Shown here: in pieces, positions 19,711 through 28,910 of the stretch
Numbering within the stretch: position 1 is the first letter of the stretch
How the letters are laid out: each line of letters begins with the position of its first letter
Origin: a virus
Strand: one strand, 5' to 3'
Length of the DNA stretch: 64,000 nucleotides
UHGV virus genome: UHGV-0222911
Translations under genes and position numbers: made by a program
The notes under the pieces: model-generated
What the model was told of the DNA's origin: nothing
The model's database searches: none
Seen by the model: the letters and a program-made list of their open reading frames with translations, nothing else

Positions 19711-20592
19711 ATGAAAACATCTATCCGTGTTACAGTTCATTCACCAACTAAAGGAACTCATGAAGAAGAGTTTAACATCATCCAATTTCCTTCTGGTGAG
19801 ATTGGTGGACACTTTTCGCCAGAGTTTGTTGATTTTACTGCTTATGCAGCATCATCCATCAACAATGTGATTATGATTGTAAAAGGTTATGATAAGGACA
19901 CATTGTTTGCTGTGGCACTTGCTAAAGAAGCAATTGATGATTTAATTCCTCACGATTATGCTTTAAAGACTGTCATCTTTTACTACTTACCAAATGCACG
20001 ATATGACCGTCACATGTTTAAAGGCGACGCAGCAGCTTTAAAGGTTTTTGCTAAACAGATTAATGCAATGGGGTTTGGCGCAGTCTGTGCAGTTGACCCT
20101 CACAGCTATGTACCAGATAACCTGTTTAACTGCTTCCAGAGTATTCCTCAAAAGGAAATTGCAGTCCACTATGCAAATGACCCACTGATTGATTACTTAG
20201 TAGCCCCAGATGCAGGTGCTGCTAAGAAGATTGCAGAGACTGCTAAAGAGGTGGATAAACCATACATCACAATGTCTAAAGTGCGTAACCTTAAGACTGG
20301 TGAAATTACTGGTATGCGAATCCTTGATGATGTTGATTTGACAGATAAAACCGTTATGATTCTGGATGATATCTGTGATGGTGGTCGAACCTTCATAGAA
20401 GCAGCGAAACATCTTCGTGAAGCAGGTGCAAAACGTGTGGAACTTTATGTAACACATGGTATCTTCTCTAAAGATGTTGAAAACCTTCTTGACAATGGTA
20501 TCGACCATATTTACACTACAAACTCTTTAGGCGAAGCTAAAGACCGTGGCTTAACACATTACAGTCAAGTTACTGTAGCAAACCTTGATTGA
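19711..20592 (+). CDS. ribose-phosphate pyrophosphokinase-like enzyme (Prs family; candidate ADP-ribose pyrophosphate synthetase of an NAD+ reconstitution pathway)
   Basis: 293 aa; PRPP-binding motif VMILDDICDGGRTF; immediately upstream of a NAMPT-like gene. Confidence 0.65.
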   Translation: MKTSIRVTVHSPTKGTHEEEFNIIQFPSGEIGGHFSPEFVDFTAYAASSINNVIMIVKGYDKDTLFAVALAKEAIDDLIPHDYALKTVIFYYLPNARYDRHMFKGDAAALKVFAKQINAMGFGAVCAVDPHSYVPDNLFNCFQSIPQKEIAVHYANDPLIDYLVAPDAGAAKKIAETAKEVDKPYITMSKVRNLKTGEITGMRILDDVDLTDKTVMILDDICDGGRTFIEAAKHLREAGAKRVELYVTHGIFSKDVENLLDNGIDHIYTTNSLGEAKDRGLTHYSQVTVANLD

Positions 20593-20601
20593 AAGTTTAT
20601 A

Positions 20602-20621
20602 GGGGCTTAAAAGCCCCATTT
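20602..20621 (+). terminator. hairpin between the two NAD-pathway genes
   Basis: GGGGCTT-AAA-AGCCCC followed by ATTTT. Confidence 0.3.
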
Positions 20622-20637
20622 TGAGAGAGATTAAAAG

Positions 20638-22419
20638 ATGACTAAATCACTTTATGCAGTACCAGCAGGTTTAAATGCAGATGCTTACAAATCTGGTCAT
20701 GTTTACCAGTATCCTAGCGCAACAGAGTACTTGATGTTCAATCTGACACCACGTAGCGACAAATGGTTTAACAGCCCTTTAGCAATTGACGGTGTAGTGG
20801 CTTTTGGTATTCAACGTTTTGTTAAAGATTACTTGATAGACCACTGGAATGCCACTTTCTTTGAACGTGATAAAAAAGAAGCCATTGATGAAATCTTAGA
20901 AGTCATGAATGGTGTTCTGGGTAAAGATGCTATCGGTCGAGAGCATTGGGAAGCACTTCACGACTTAGGTTATCTACCAGTTGAAGTATACGCTGTAGAA
21001 GAAGGCACAGTTGTTCCAATGCGTGTCCCGATGATTGTCTTTCATAACACTGTTTCAGGTTTTCATTGGGTAGCAGGTTATCTGGAAGATGCTTTCTCTG
21101 CTGAAATTTGGAAGGCTTGCACCATTGCAACTATTGCATTGCATTACAAACGCATCTGTAAGAAGTGGGCTGACCTTACTTGTGACAATGACTTACATTT
21201 ACCTTATCAGTGCCATGATTTTGCTATGCGTGGTATGTCCGGCTTTACTGATGACGCATTTAACGCTGTAGGTCACTTAACCAGCTTTAAAGGGACTGAT
21301 AGCTTCCCTGCTGTATACACGGCTAAACGAATCTATGGACAGTCCTACCCAATCTCTGATATTGGTAGCTCTGTACCAGCCACTGAGCACTCTGTAATGT
21401 GTGCAAACATTGCTTGGGAAGGTGGTAACGAGTTAATTGAAGAAGAAAGACGCTTTAAAGGTGAGTTACAAACCTTCCGTCGTTTCTTAACAGAAACTTA
21501 CCCAACTGGTATTGCAAGTGTTGTTTCAGATACTTATAACTTCTGGAGAACTGTATCAGTCATATTACCAGAACTCCGTAAAGAGATTATGGAACGTAAT
21601 GGCAAACTGGTAATTCGTCCTGATTCTGGAGACCCTGTACATATTGTCACAGGATACAAAGCAATCCATTTAGAGTGTGCTAAAAAGGCTTATTATGAAC
21701 ACTTAAGCAAGCTGGAAGCCAGTGACACAATGTTGAATGCTGTTCTGAACATGAAGCTTGAAAACATCAATTATGGTATTGCTGGATGGCTACTGTCAGA
21801 AGGCTACGAAATGGTTGTTGACAGAGAAGACTTTGAAGTTGCTGATACAGTGCTGTTGAAAAACGCTTATATGGTTGGTTCTGCAAACGTTGTAACACGT
21901 CCTGTAGCGGAGATTGATGGAGCTATCAAGACACTGTATAACATCTTTGGAGGAACTATCAACTCTAAAGGTTTTAAAGTACTGGATGAGCATATCGGGC
22001 TTATTTATGGCGACTCTATCACGTTGGAACGTGCAAACGAAATACTGAAGCGTTTGTATGAAATGGGTTTTGCAAGCTCTAACGTAGTGTTTGGTGTAGG
22101 TTCTTACACTTACCAGTACATGACTCGTGACACCTTTGCATTTGCTGTCAAAGCAACTCTTGGAAGCATTGGTGGTAAAGAGATTATGCTTGCAAAAGAC
22201 CCTAAAACAGATAGTGGTGTTAAGAAGTCTGCTTTTGGTGGTGTAGCACCTATGTGGGATGGTGAAAATCTGAAAGCTGTAGATGGCTATGGGTTCCAGA
22301 GCTTTGCAGATGCACTTGAACACCCAGCTTGTGCTTTACGTCTAGTCTTTAGCGACTCTGAGCAGTTCGGCTACACGACTCTTGGTGATATTCGAAATAA
22401 TATTGACAAGCAGCTTTAA
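20638..22419 (+). CDS. nicotinamide phosphoribosyltransferase-like enzyme (NAMPT/NadV family)
   Basis: 593 aa; N-terminus MTKSLYAVPAGLNADAYKSGH and overall length typical of NAMPT-family proteins (recalled). Confidence 0.75.
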   Translation: MTKSLYAVPAGLNADAYKSGHVYQYPSATEYLMFNLTPRSDKWFNSPLAIDGVVAFGIQRFVKDYLIDHWNATFFERDKKEAIDEILEVMNGVLGKDAIGREHWEALHDLGYLPVEVYAVEEGTVVPMRVPMIVFHNTVSGFHWVAGYLEDAFSAEIWKACTIATIALHYKRICKKWADLTCDNDLHLPYQCHDFAMRGMSGFTDDAFNAVGHLTSFKGTDSFPAVYTAKRIYGQSYPISDIGSSVPATEHSVMCANIAWEGGNELIEEERRFKGELQTFRRFLTETYPTGIASVVSDTYNFWRTVSVILPELRKEIMERNGKLVIRPDSGDPVHIVTGYKAIHLECAKKAYYEHLSKLEASDTMLNAVLNMKLENINYGIAGWLLSEGYEMVVDREDFEVADTVLLKNAYMVGSANVVTRPVAEIDGAIKTLYNIFGGTINSKGFKVLDEHIGLIYGDSITLERANEILKRLYEMGFASSNVVFGVGSYTYQYMTRDTFAFAVKATLGSIGGKEIMLAKDPKTDSGVKKSAFGGVAPMWDGENLKAVDGYGFQSFADALEHPACALRLVFSDSEQFGYTTLGDIRNNIDKQL

Positions 22420-22432
22420 AAGTATATGATAA

Positions 22433-22455
22433 GAGGCTCCTACGGGAGCCTTTTT
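22433..22455 (+). terminator. rho-independent terminator-like hairpin
   Basis: GAGGCTCC-TACG-GGAGCC followed by TTTTT. Confidence 0.45.
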
Positions 22456-22472
22456 AATTTCTGGAGAAGATT

Positions 22473-22808
22473 ATGAAAATCAAAGAGATGAACATCAACA
22501 TCGTCTTAGAAGAACGTTGGGAGAACATTAAGAAGCCTGAAAATGGTCATAAGTTCCTTAACAAAATTTTAGTAGCAGCTAAAGAAGAACTGACTGGTAA
22601 GATTGCAGCAGCAATCACAATAAAGGTCTGTGTAAAAGGTCTTCCAGACAATCACCAATTTGCACTTGACGAGTTTAAAGAAAGCTTCTACAATCCAAAC
22701 AAACAGATGCTTGAAAGTAACTTTGCAGTGTCTACAAGTATCGTCCATGACAGAAGCTTTATCCTTTACAAGAATATGAGAGGTGAGTCATGCAAGCATA
22801 TTGGATAG
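22473..22808 (+). CDS. hypothetical protein
   Basis: 111 aa ORF. Confidence 0.3.
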   Translation: MKIKEMNINIVLEERWENIKKPENGHKFLNKILVAAKEELTGKIAAAITIKVCVKGLPDNHQFALDEFKESFYNPNKQMLESNFAVSTSIVHDRSFILYKNMRGESCKHIG

Positions 22809-22965
22809 AAATTTTGCTGTCACTTGGTAGTGTAGCAGTATTTGTTTACCTCCTTTGTAAGTACTTTGCAGAGCACAAAAAATGTGACTACTGTAATGGA
22901 GAGGGGTACATAAGGGCAGGATGTTGCCCTATGTGTGGTGGTTCTGGTAAAATGTTTAACAAGTA
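22789..22965 (+). CDS. hypothetical small membrane-anchored zinc-ribbon protein (58 aa)
   Basis: Own translation: MQAYWIEILLSLGSVAVFVYLLCKYFAEHKKCDYCNGEGYIRAGCCPMCGGSGKMFNK; one TM helix plus CxxC...CxxC; below track cutoff. Confidence 0.25.
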
Positions 22966-22994
22966 ATTTAACAGTAAACTAAGAGGAAAGTATT

Positions 22995-25361
22995 ATGCGC
23001 ATGGTAAATGACCACGCAGAAGTGATTAAGAGTTCAACTTCTTTAGAGACGTCTCAAGCACAGATTACAATGACACCTGAGATGTTCAGCCTTTTGAGTT
23101 CTGGTGTATATACCTTTAAAGAAAGGGCAGTGATTCGTGAACTGTCATGTAATGCAGTAGATGCTCAGAAAGAAGCTGGAAAAGAAAACATCCCGTTCCA
23201 TGTGCATTTACCTACTCGATTTGAGCCTTACTTTGAAGTCCGTGACTTTGGAACTGGTTTAACCCATGACAAAGTAATGAGTTTGTATCTGAACTACGGT
23301 GCTTCTACGAAGAATGACTCTAATGACTACATTGGTGCAATGGGTATCGGCTCAAAGTCACCGTTTGCAATTGCTCAGTCATTCACAGTATCTAGCTATG
23401 TTGATGGTGTTGTTAATAAGTACTCTGTTTACCTTGAGAATGGTATCCCTCAAGTAACTAAGCTTACTACTAACCAAACAAATGAACCTAATGGTTTAGC
23501 GGTACGTGTGGCAGTTGCTGACCACCGTATCTCAAAGTTCTTTGAAGAAGCTGGGAATGTGTACTCATACTTCACTGTAAAACCAGAAAGTAATATTGAG
23601 TACGACGATGTATTAGCAGATATGAACGTCATTGCCCGTGAAGAAGGTGTTTATGATGCCATGATTCATAAGCAAAGCTGGCGTTCTAGTGGTAACAGGA
23701 CAGAGTTTAATGTGGTGATGGGTAATATTGCCTATCCAGTGAACATGGAAGCATTACTTGGTGATGATTTCTTCAAAGTCTTGCCAGAGTTTTTCCGTAG
23801 GAGCGTAGACCTTGTAAACATCTACATGCCTATTGGTTCAGTTGCTATAGCAGCTTCTCGTGAAGCATTGCAGATGAATGACACGACAAAAAATGTTATC
23901 ATTGAGGCTACTAAAAAGATAACTGAAGCCATTACAAAGGATGTTATCAAGAAAGTTAATAGCCAACCTACACTCATGGATGCTGCACAGGCTTATGCAG
24001 AGTTACGTTTGAACTCACGAGAGATGTTTAATGCTGTGTGTCCAAAGCTAGAGTGGGGAGGCGTTAAGCTTGATTCTCTGGAAGAAGAATTGTTAAACAT
24101 TCGTCGTGGAATTATCTACGCAGAAGACGGCTCAGTCATTTATGAACGTGACGGTAAAGGCAATATTAAGGTTGATAGGAACGGGAACAATATCCCTAAA
24201 GTAGATTATCTTTATGACCCAGTTGCTTATGTCAAGTTCAACTCTTTAGAGAGTAAGATTCGTGCAACAGCACTTTCCTACACTCAAGAGGCAAGCATGT
24301 TCAATATCTTTGGTGCAATGCGTAAAAGCCAAATTGAACAGTTTTTGTTCGTGATTAATGACCGTCGCAATAAAAACGGTACTGAGAAGACTGTAGGACG
24401 CAATCAAATTTTGCGTGGTGCATGTCGAGACTACGCCAGTGAGTCAAATCTGTTTCACAGATACAATGGTATTGTCTTTGTATTCTCTACAGAGAAAGAG
24501 CTAGATGACTTAATCAATCTGCACAAACTTGATAAAAGCTTGTTAAAGATTGTGAAGATGTCTGATAAGGAACATCACTATCAGCGTAAAGAAGCTGTAA
24601 GAGGTGTTGTAAAACTCTGGAAAGCTGTTCCAGCAGAAGGTGTAGCTTCCTATAAAGAGGTTTCAGAGGACTTTGATACAATTGAAGAACCTCAGCTTTA
24701 CATTAAGGCAGTTGGTGACACAGTTGACGGTGAATGTTTTTGCTCATCTCCAGAAGATGTAGCCAAGTCAGTTGCTAATGTTATAGGGAAGACAGTCTAT
24801 GTTTTCCGAAAAGCAAATTGGAAAAAGATACCAGAAGACTGGATTGAAGTAGACGAGAAACTCTTGAACGACAGCTTAACTGACGTTCACTGGATTAACC
24901 ATAACAGATATATGACACGTATCTATATGAATGGTGTCCTCGACCTTACAAGCAGTTGGATTATTGCCAGAAACTTTACGTTCAATAACAGGAAGATTTC
25001 TCGTGGCTATTGCTATTCACGAGACACAAACAAAACTATCTTCTTAGAAGGCAATGAAGATGCTGTTGAGGCAATGTTTGGTAAAATCCAATACGTTGCT
25101 GCACCGTTTGCATACACTTACACTATTAGTAGATTGCAAACTTTGAAAGAATGCCTTGACAATGATACAAAACTGTACAAGAAAATTAAGAAAGCTGGTG
25201 ACCGCATGGTCATTAAGGTGACAAACTACCTTTCAAAAAGAAAACAAGAAAACTTCTTGCTTTCACACTTAGATTGGAATAAAGTGTCACCCATCGAAGT
25301 GAGTAAGTTCTTAGGCTTTGATGTGAAGTGTGTTCCAGAAGGGACTACAATTTACGATTAA
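22995..25361 (+). CDS. rIIA: rIIA-like protein with GHKL (histidine-kinase-like) ATPase domain
   Basis: 788 aa; N-box IRELSCNAVDA, G1 box VRDFGTGL, G2 box GAMGIGSKSPF; followed by rIIB-like gene. Confidence 0.6.
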   Translation: MRMVNDHAEVIKSSTSLETSQAQITMTPEMFSLLSSGVYTFKERAVIRELSCNAVDAQKEAGKENIPFHVHLPTRFEPYFEVRDFGTGLTHDKVMSLYLNYGASTKNDSNDYIGAMGIGSKSPFAIAQSFTVSSYVDGVVNKYSVYLENGIPQVTKLTTNQTNEPNGLAVRVAVADHRISKFFEEAGNVYSYFTVKPESNIEYDDVLADMNVIAREEGVYDAMIHKQSWRSSGNRTEFNVVMGNIAYPVNMEALLGDDFFKVLPEFFRRSVDLVNIYMPIGSVAIAASREALQMNDTTKNVIIEATKKITEAITKDVIKKVNSQPTLMDAAQAYAELRLNSREMFNAVCPKLEWGGVKLDSLEEELLNIRRGIIYAEDGSVIYERDGKGNIKVDRNGNNIPKVDYLYDPVAYVKFNSLESKIRATALSYTQEASMFNIFGAMRKSQIEQFLFVINDRRNKNGTEKTVGRNQILRGACRDYASESNLFHRYNGIVFVFSTEKELDDLINLHKLDKSLLKIVKMSDKEHHYQRKEAVRGVVKLWKAVPAEGVASYKEVSEDFDTIEEPQLYIKAVGDTVDGECFCSSPEDVAKSVANVIGKTVYVFRKANWKKIPEDWIEVDEKLLNDSLTDVHWINHNRYMTRIYMNGVLDLTSSWIIARNFTFNNRKISRGYCYSRDTNKTIFLEGNEDAVEAMFGKIQYVAAPFAYTYTISRLQTLKECLDNDTKLYKKIKKAGDRMVIKVTNYLSKRKQENFLLSHLDWNKVSPIEVSKFLGFDVKCVPEGTTIYD

Positions 25362-25440
25362 AGTGTTTGACAAGGGGCTTCAAAGCCCCTTAGAATAGCC
25401 TTACAAAATGATTTATTAACTAACAAGAGAGAGTAATAAG

Positions 25441-26346
25441 ATGACTACTAAAACTAAAGCACAGATTGACGCAGAAATTTACGAACTGGTTAAAGAAGGT
25501 AAGCTGACTAAAACAGCTATTGCACAGAAGTTCAATACTTCAACCCGTTCAGTTGGTCGTGCTGTAGAGCGTCATGAAGCAACCTTAAAAGGTAAGAAGA
25601 AGGCGACTTCTACACCAGCTAAGAAGACCCTAAAACAAGTTGCTAAGTCAGTTAAAAAGAAAGCTGACAAACCAGTTGAAAAGGCCGTTAAAGACGCTGT
25701 ACAGAAAGCTCCAGTAAATAAACTGCATGAAGCTATGCAGAAAGATGACAAGATTGAGTACATGATTACTGGTGACTCTGTAATTATGACTTACGGTTCA
25801 GAATCTGAAATTGTTGAGTCTACTCATCCGAACTATCAAGAGATTGTAGTTCATGTTGTGAAAGGTGAGTTCAAGAAAGCATTTGAACTGATGAACATTC
25901 GTAAGTCTATCGAAAACTTCACTCAGGGTGCTATCACAATCAAAGGTGACAAGCTCTTCTACGGTGCTGTTGAGATGCGTTCTACTCTGGTTGACCGTAT
26001 TCTTCACATGATGAAAACTGGTGATAAAGGTTTTGAACGACTTGTAATGTTCTTCGAAAAACTGATGGAAAACCCATCTAAAGATTCTGTAGAACAACTT
26101 TGGGGATTTGTATCTCACCTTGATGTTGAAATTGATGAAGAAGGTTACATCATTGGTTGGAAGAAAGTCTCTACTCGTGAAGGCAAGCTGGTTGACTCTC
26201 ACACCTACAAAGTGCCTAATGATTTGGGTAACATTGTAGAGATGCCACGTTGGATGGTTGATAACAACCGTAACGTAACTTGCTCTCAAGGTCTTCATGT
26301 TGGCGCTTGGATTATGTTCGTTGCTTCTCAGGTGATACCATCCTGA
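25441..26346 (+). CDS. rIIB: rIIB-like protein, 5' portion (reading frame interrupted near 26302-26310)
   Basis: 301 aa ORF downstream of rIIA-like gene; C-terminal TCSQGLHV then frame is lost; continuation is in overlapping frame. Confidence 0.5.
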   Translation: MTTKTKAQIDAEIYELVKEGKLTKTAIAQKFNTSTRSVGRAVERHEATLKGKKKATSTPAKKTLKQVAKSVKKKADKPVEKAVKDAVQKAPVNKLHEAMQKDDKIEYMITGDSVIMTYGSESEIVESTHPNYQEIVVHVVKGEFKKAFELMNIRKSIENFTQGAITIKGDKLFYGAVEMRSTLVDRILHMMKTGDKGFERLVMFFEKLMENPSKDSVEQLWGFVSHLDVEIDEEGYIIGWKKVSTREGKLVDSHTYKVPNDLGNIVEMPRWMVDNNRNVTCSQGLHVGAWIMFVASQVIPS

Positions 26347-26549
26347 AGGTTCGTGTCCATCCACGAGATGTTGTATCCGTACCAACTGATTACAACGATA
26401 TGAAGATGCGTTCCTCTCGTTATGAAGTTGCAGCAATCGTTGATAATCAACGTAAAGTGCTGAAAGCATGGGATGGTAAGACTGAAGCTTTGCATGTCAT
26501 CGTTGGCACTGCTGGTGAACTTATCTCTCAACGTAAACGTGAAATCTAA
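26310..26549 (+). CDS. rIIB: rIIB-like protein, 3' portion in shifted frame
   Basis: Frame-0 translation DYVRCFSGDTILKVRVHPRDVVSVPTDYNDMKMR... continues the rIIB-like sequence; no ATG at its 5' end. Confidence 0.4.
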   Translation, partial: DYVRCFSGDTILKVRVHPRDVVSVPTDYNDMKMRSSRYEVAAIVDNQRKVLKAWDGKTEALHVIVGTAGELISQRKREI

Positions 26550-26564
26550 TAAGTAATTTCTTAA

Positions 26565-26590
26565 AAGGCTGCTTCGGCGGCCTTTTTTAT
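26565..26590 (+). terminator. rho-independent terminator-like hairpin
   Basis: AAGGCTGC-TTCG-GCGGCC followed by TTTTTTATTT. Confidence 0.45.
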
Positions 26591-26649
26591 TTGTATTTTG
26601 TGCAGAGTGCTGTATAATTGTTGTCACGATAAACTAAACAGGAGAACCA

Positions 26650-27198
26650 ATGAAGAAATTGATTCTAGGCTTGTGCTTAATGTTTACAGCACACTTATCT
26701 TATGCAGTTGACTGCCCAGAGCTATCAATTAGCCAAAAAGTTAACATGTTAAAAGCTTACCAGTATGGTGAGAATAATATGGGGAAAGGCTGGGGTATTA
26801 CTCTAGCAGCTATAGCCTTACAAGAGTCAGAGTTAGGTCTGAAGGTAGAGAATAAAAAGACCCACGACTATGGTATTTTCCAGAATCACTTGAAGACTGT
26901 TGTAAAGCGTAACAAAATTAGTCCTAATGTGGCTAAAAAGAAACTCTTAAAAGATTTTGACTATGCAGCAAAAGAGACACATAAAGAGCTTGAGTTTTGG
27001 ACTAAGGTACATGGTCACCCGAAGTCAAAGAAGACTTTACAAAAAGTTTTAGCATCATATAATGCTGGGTATTCGTACAAAATCCCTAAAGCTAAGAAAT
27101 ACTCTCAAGATGTCTATAACAATATGAAAGTTATCGCTCAATGTGAATTTGCAACAAACATTTCTAAGGTAAATCATGAAAAAATTAAGAAAGTCTGA
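26650..27198 (+). CDS. secreted lytic transglycosylase-like (SLT-domain) protein
   Basis: N-terminal signal peptide MKKLILGLCLMFTAHLSYA; SLT-like AIALQESELG ... DYGIFQN. Confidence 0.4.
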   Translation: MKKLILGLCLMFTAHLSYAVDCPELSISQKVNMLKAYQYGENNMGKGWGITLAAIALQESELGLKVENKKTHDYGIFQNHLKTVVKRNKISPNVAKKKLLKDFDYAAKETHKELEFWTKVHGHPKSKKTLQKVLASYNAGYSYKIPKAKKYSQDVYNNMKVIAQCEFATNISKVNHEKIKKV

Positions 27199-27871
27199 TG
27201 AAGTCCTGTGCCATGCTTATGACTTGCATCCTCATGAGTTAGGTCTTGATTCCTGTGTATGGACTCCAGAACAGTGCAGGGATTTTGAAGACACTGCAAG
27301 AGAAGTTGTATGTTCACTTGAAGAGTTCCACACATCAGAACCAATTGTGAACGTTGTGGACAAAGAGACTGGACAAACTATAGGTGTAAGGCGCGATAGT
27401 TTAGTCATAGTCAATAAAGACCTTGTAGAAAAAGGTAACCTCATCTTAGCAGATATTGATGGTGTTCTTACAAATTTTAATCACGAAGATTGCTCAACGG
27501 AATTGACTGATGGGTCATTCTCACAGTACACTAATCTTCTTGATTCTGTAAGAGCAAAGCCAACATATGTTTTCAACATTATTGATGCAATTGCAAATCA
27601 TGCAGCAGTTGGACTCTTGACAGCAAGAGGTGAATCTCAGAGAATACCTACTGAGATGTTTTTAAGGCACAATATAGAGCATGATTACTTGCTTTTTATG
27701 CGTGGTTTTGGAACTAACTCTATAAGTGCAGAAAGTTTAAAAGTGAGGATGATTCAGTCTTGCATTCTTCCTTATTTTAATATAGTATGCTTTATAGAAG
27801 ATACAGAGAATAATGTTCAGAAGGTAAACAGAATCCTTCCACACATTAAAACTATGTTAGTTAAACATTGA
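27176..27871 (+). CDS. HAD-superfamily phosphatase-like protein
   Basis: HAD motif I ILADIDGVLT; 231 aa. Confidence 0.35.
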   Translation: MKKLRKSDEVLCHAYDLHPHELGLDSCVWTPEQCRDFEDTAREVVCSLEEFHTSEPIVNVVDKETGQTIGVRRDSLVIVNKDLVEKGNLILADIDGVLTNFNHEDCSTELTDGSFSQYTNLLDSVRAKPTYVFNIIDAIANHAAVGLLTARGESQRIPTEMFLRHNIEHDYLLFMRGFGTNSISAESLKVRMIQSCILPYFNIVCFIEDTENNVQKVNRILPHIKTMLVKH

Positions 27872-28347
27872 GAGAAGAACTTATGAACAATATCATTACG
27901 GTAGCACTGGACGATACGGCAAACAAATCTGAAGTAGTTCGTAAAATGATTCAAGGTAACTTTGAAGGTAAAATTTTCCGTGCTGTTAATGTAAAAGCTG
28001 ATGGCAGTATTCGTGAATATCGTGCATTGTTGAATGTTAAGAAGCACGTAAAAGGTGCTGGTTCAACGACTGCACACAAAGAAAACCTGATGACTATCTA
28101 TGATATGGGTAAGGCTTCAGAGTTAGGTGCTGAAGGTATCGTTAAAGAAGGTGCTCCATATCGCTCTTTCAATCTGGAAACTACCCTTATGCTTTCCTTT
28201 ACGAGTGGTTCTAAAACAATCACTTATCTCTTTACTGATGCTGCAACGGTATCTGCTATTAAGGATAGCACTGTCAAAGCTGGCGTAGTTGCTGCTGCAA
28301 AAGCTTCTTCGATGGCTGCAAATATCCTTGCTAAAGTCCTCGGTTAA
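27868..28347 (+). CDS. hypothetical protein
   Basis: 159 aa ORF; hairpin terminator 28360-28381 follows. Confidence 0.3.
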   Translation: MREELMNNIITVALDDTANKSEVVRKMIQGNFEGKIFRAVNVKADGSIREYRALLNVKKHVKGAGSTTAHKENLMTIYDMGKASELGAEGIVKEGAPYRSFNLETTLMLSFTSGSKTITYLFTDAATVSAIKDSTVKAGVVAAAKASSMAANILAKVLG

Positions 28348-28359
28348 GGTTAAGATACA

Positions 28360-28381
28360 GGCTCCTTCGGGAGCCTTTTTC
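28360..28381 (+). terminator. rho-independent terminator-like hairpin
   Basis: GGCTCC-TTCG-GGAGCC followed by TTTTT. Confidence 0.45.
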
Positions 28382-28399
28382 ATTTCAGGAGATTGTTAA

Positions 28400-28747
28400 A
28401 TGACATTTAAAGAGTTCTGTCAAGCTACTTTCATAATTGTTTTCTTAGTTGGGGCAGGTGTCTGGGGAGGATACTCTTACAGAGACTACCAAGTTGCTGA
28501 AGCTGAGTTAAGCAATGAGAAACTAATAAGTATTGCTAAAGACGCTTATCAGGAAGGTTTAGCCACACTGAGCACCAATTACAAAAATGATTTGAAAGAT
28601 GTGCTTGCTAAGAATAAGCATACAAAAGAGGTACTAACATATGAAAAAACTAAGCCAGAGTTTTATAATGTTTGTGTTACTGATAATTATGTCAGGGTGT
28701 TCAACGAACAAAGTGAACAGTACATTCAAAAACTCCCAAGTAAGTGA
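28400..28747 (+). CDS. candidate i-spanin (Rz-like): N-terminal TM anchor plus periplasmic helical domain
   Basis: 115 aa; TM FIIVFLVGAGVWGGY then charged helical region; a lipoprotein ORF overlaps its 3' end out of frame. Confidence 0.3.
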   Translation: MTFKEFCQATFIIVFLVGAGVWGGYSYRDYQVAEAELSNEKLISIAKDAYQEGLATLSTNYKNDLKDVLAKNKHTKEVLTYEKTKPEFYNVCVTDNYVRVFNEQSEQYIQKLPSK

Positions 28748-28910
28748 GAGTGATAAGTACACTCAAGAAGATTCAAGATTCACTATCAAAGGTAATACTG
28801 GTAGTGATGTGGCAGCAGCCCTTGAGTTCTATCGTGATGGATTTTACCAGTGCACAATCAAAGCTAATAGCCTTATTGATATGATTTTATTAGGAAATAA
28901 ACAGCAATGA
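28641..28910 (+). CDS. candidate o-spanin (Rz1-like) lipoprotein, overlapping previous gene
   Basis: Signal peptide with lipobox-like IIMSGC; start embedded in 28400..28747 in a different frame. Confidence 0.3.
   Translation: MKKLSQSFIMFVLLIIMSGCSTNKVNSTFKNSQVSESDKYTQEDSRFTIKGNTGSDVAAALEFYRDGFYQCTIKANSLIDMILLGNKQQ

Noticed and set aside
25373-25391. Hairpin AGGGGCTTCAAAGCCCCTT after rIIA considered as terminator
   Set aside because: No U-run follows and a TTGACA box overlaps its 5' side; kept only as a possible attenuator, not listed as a terminator.
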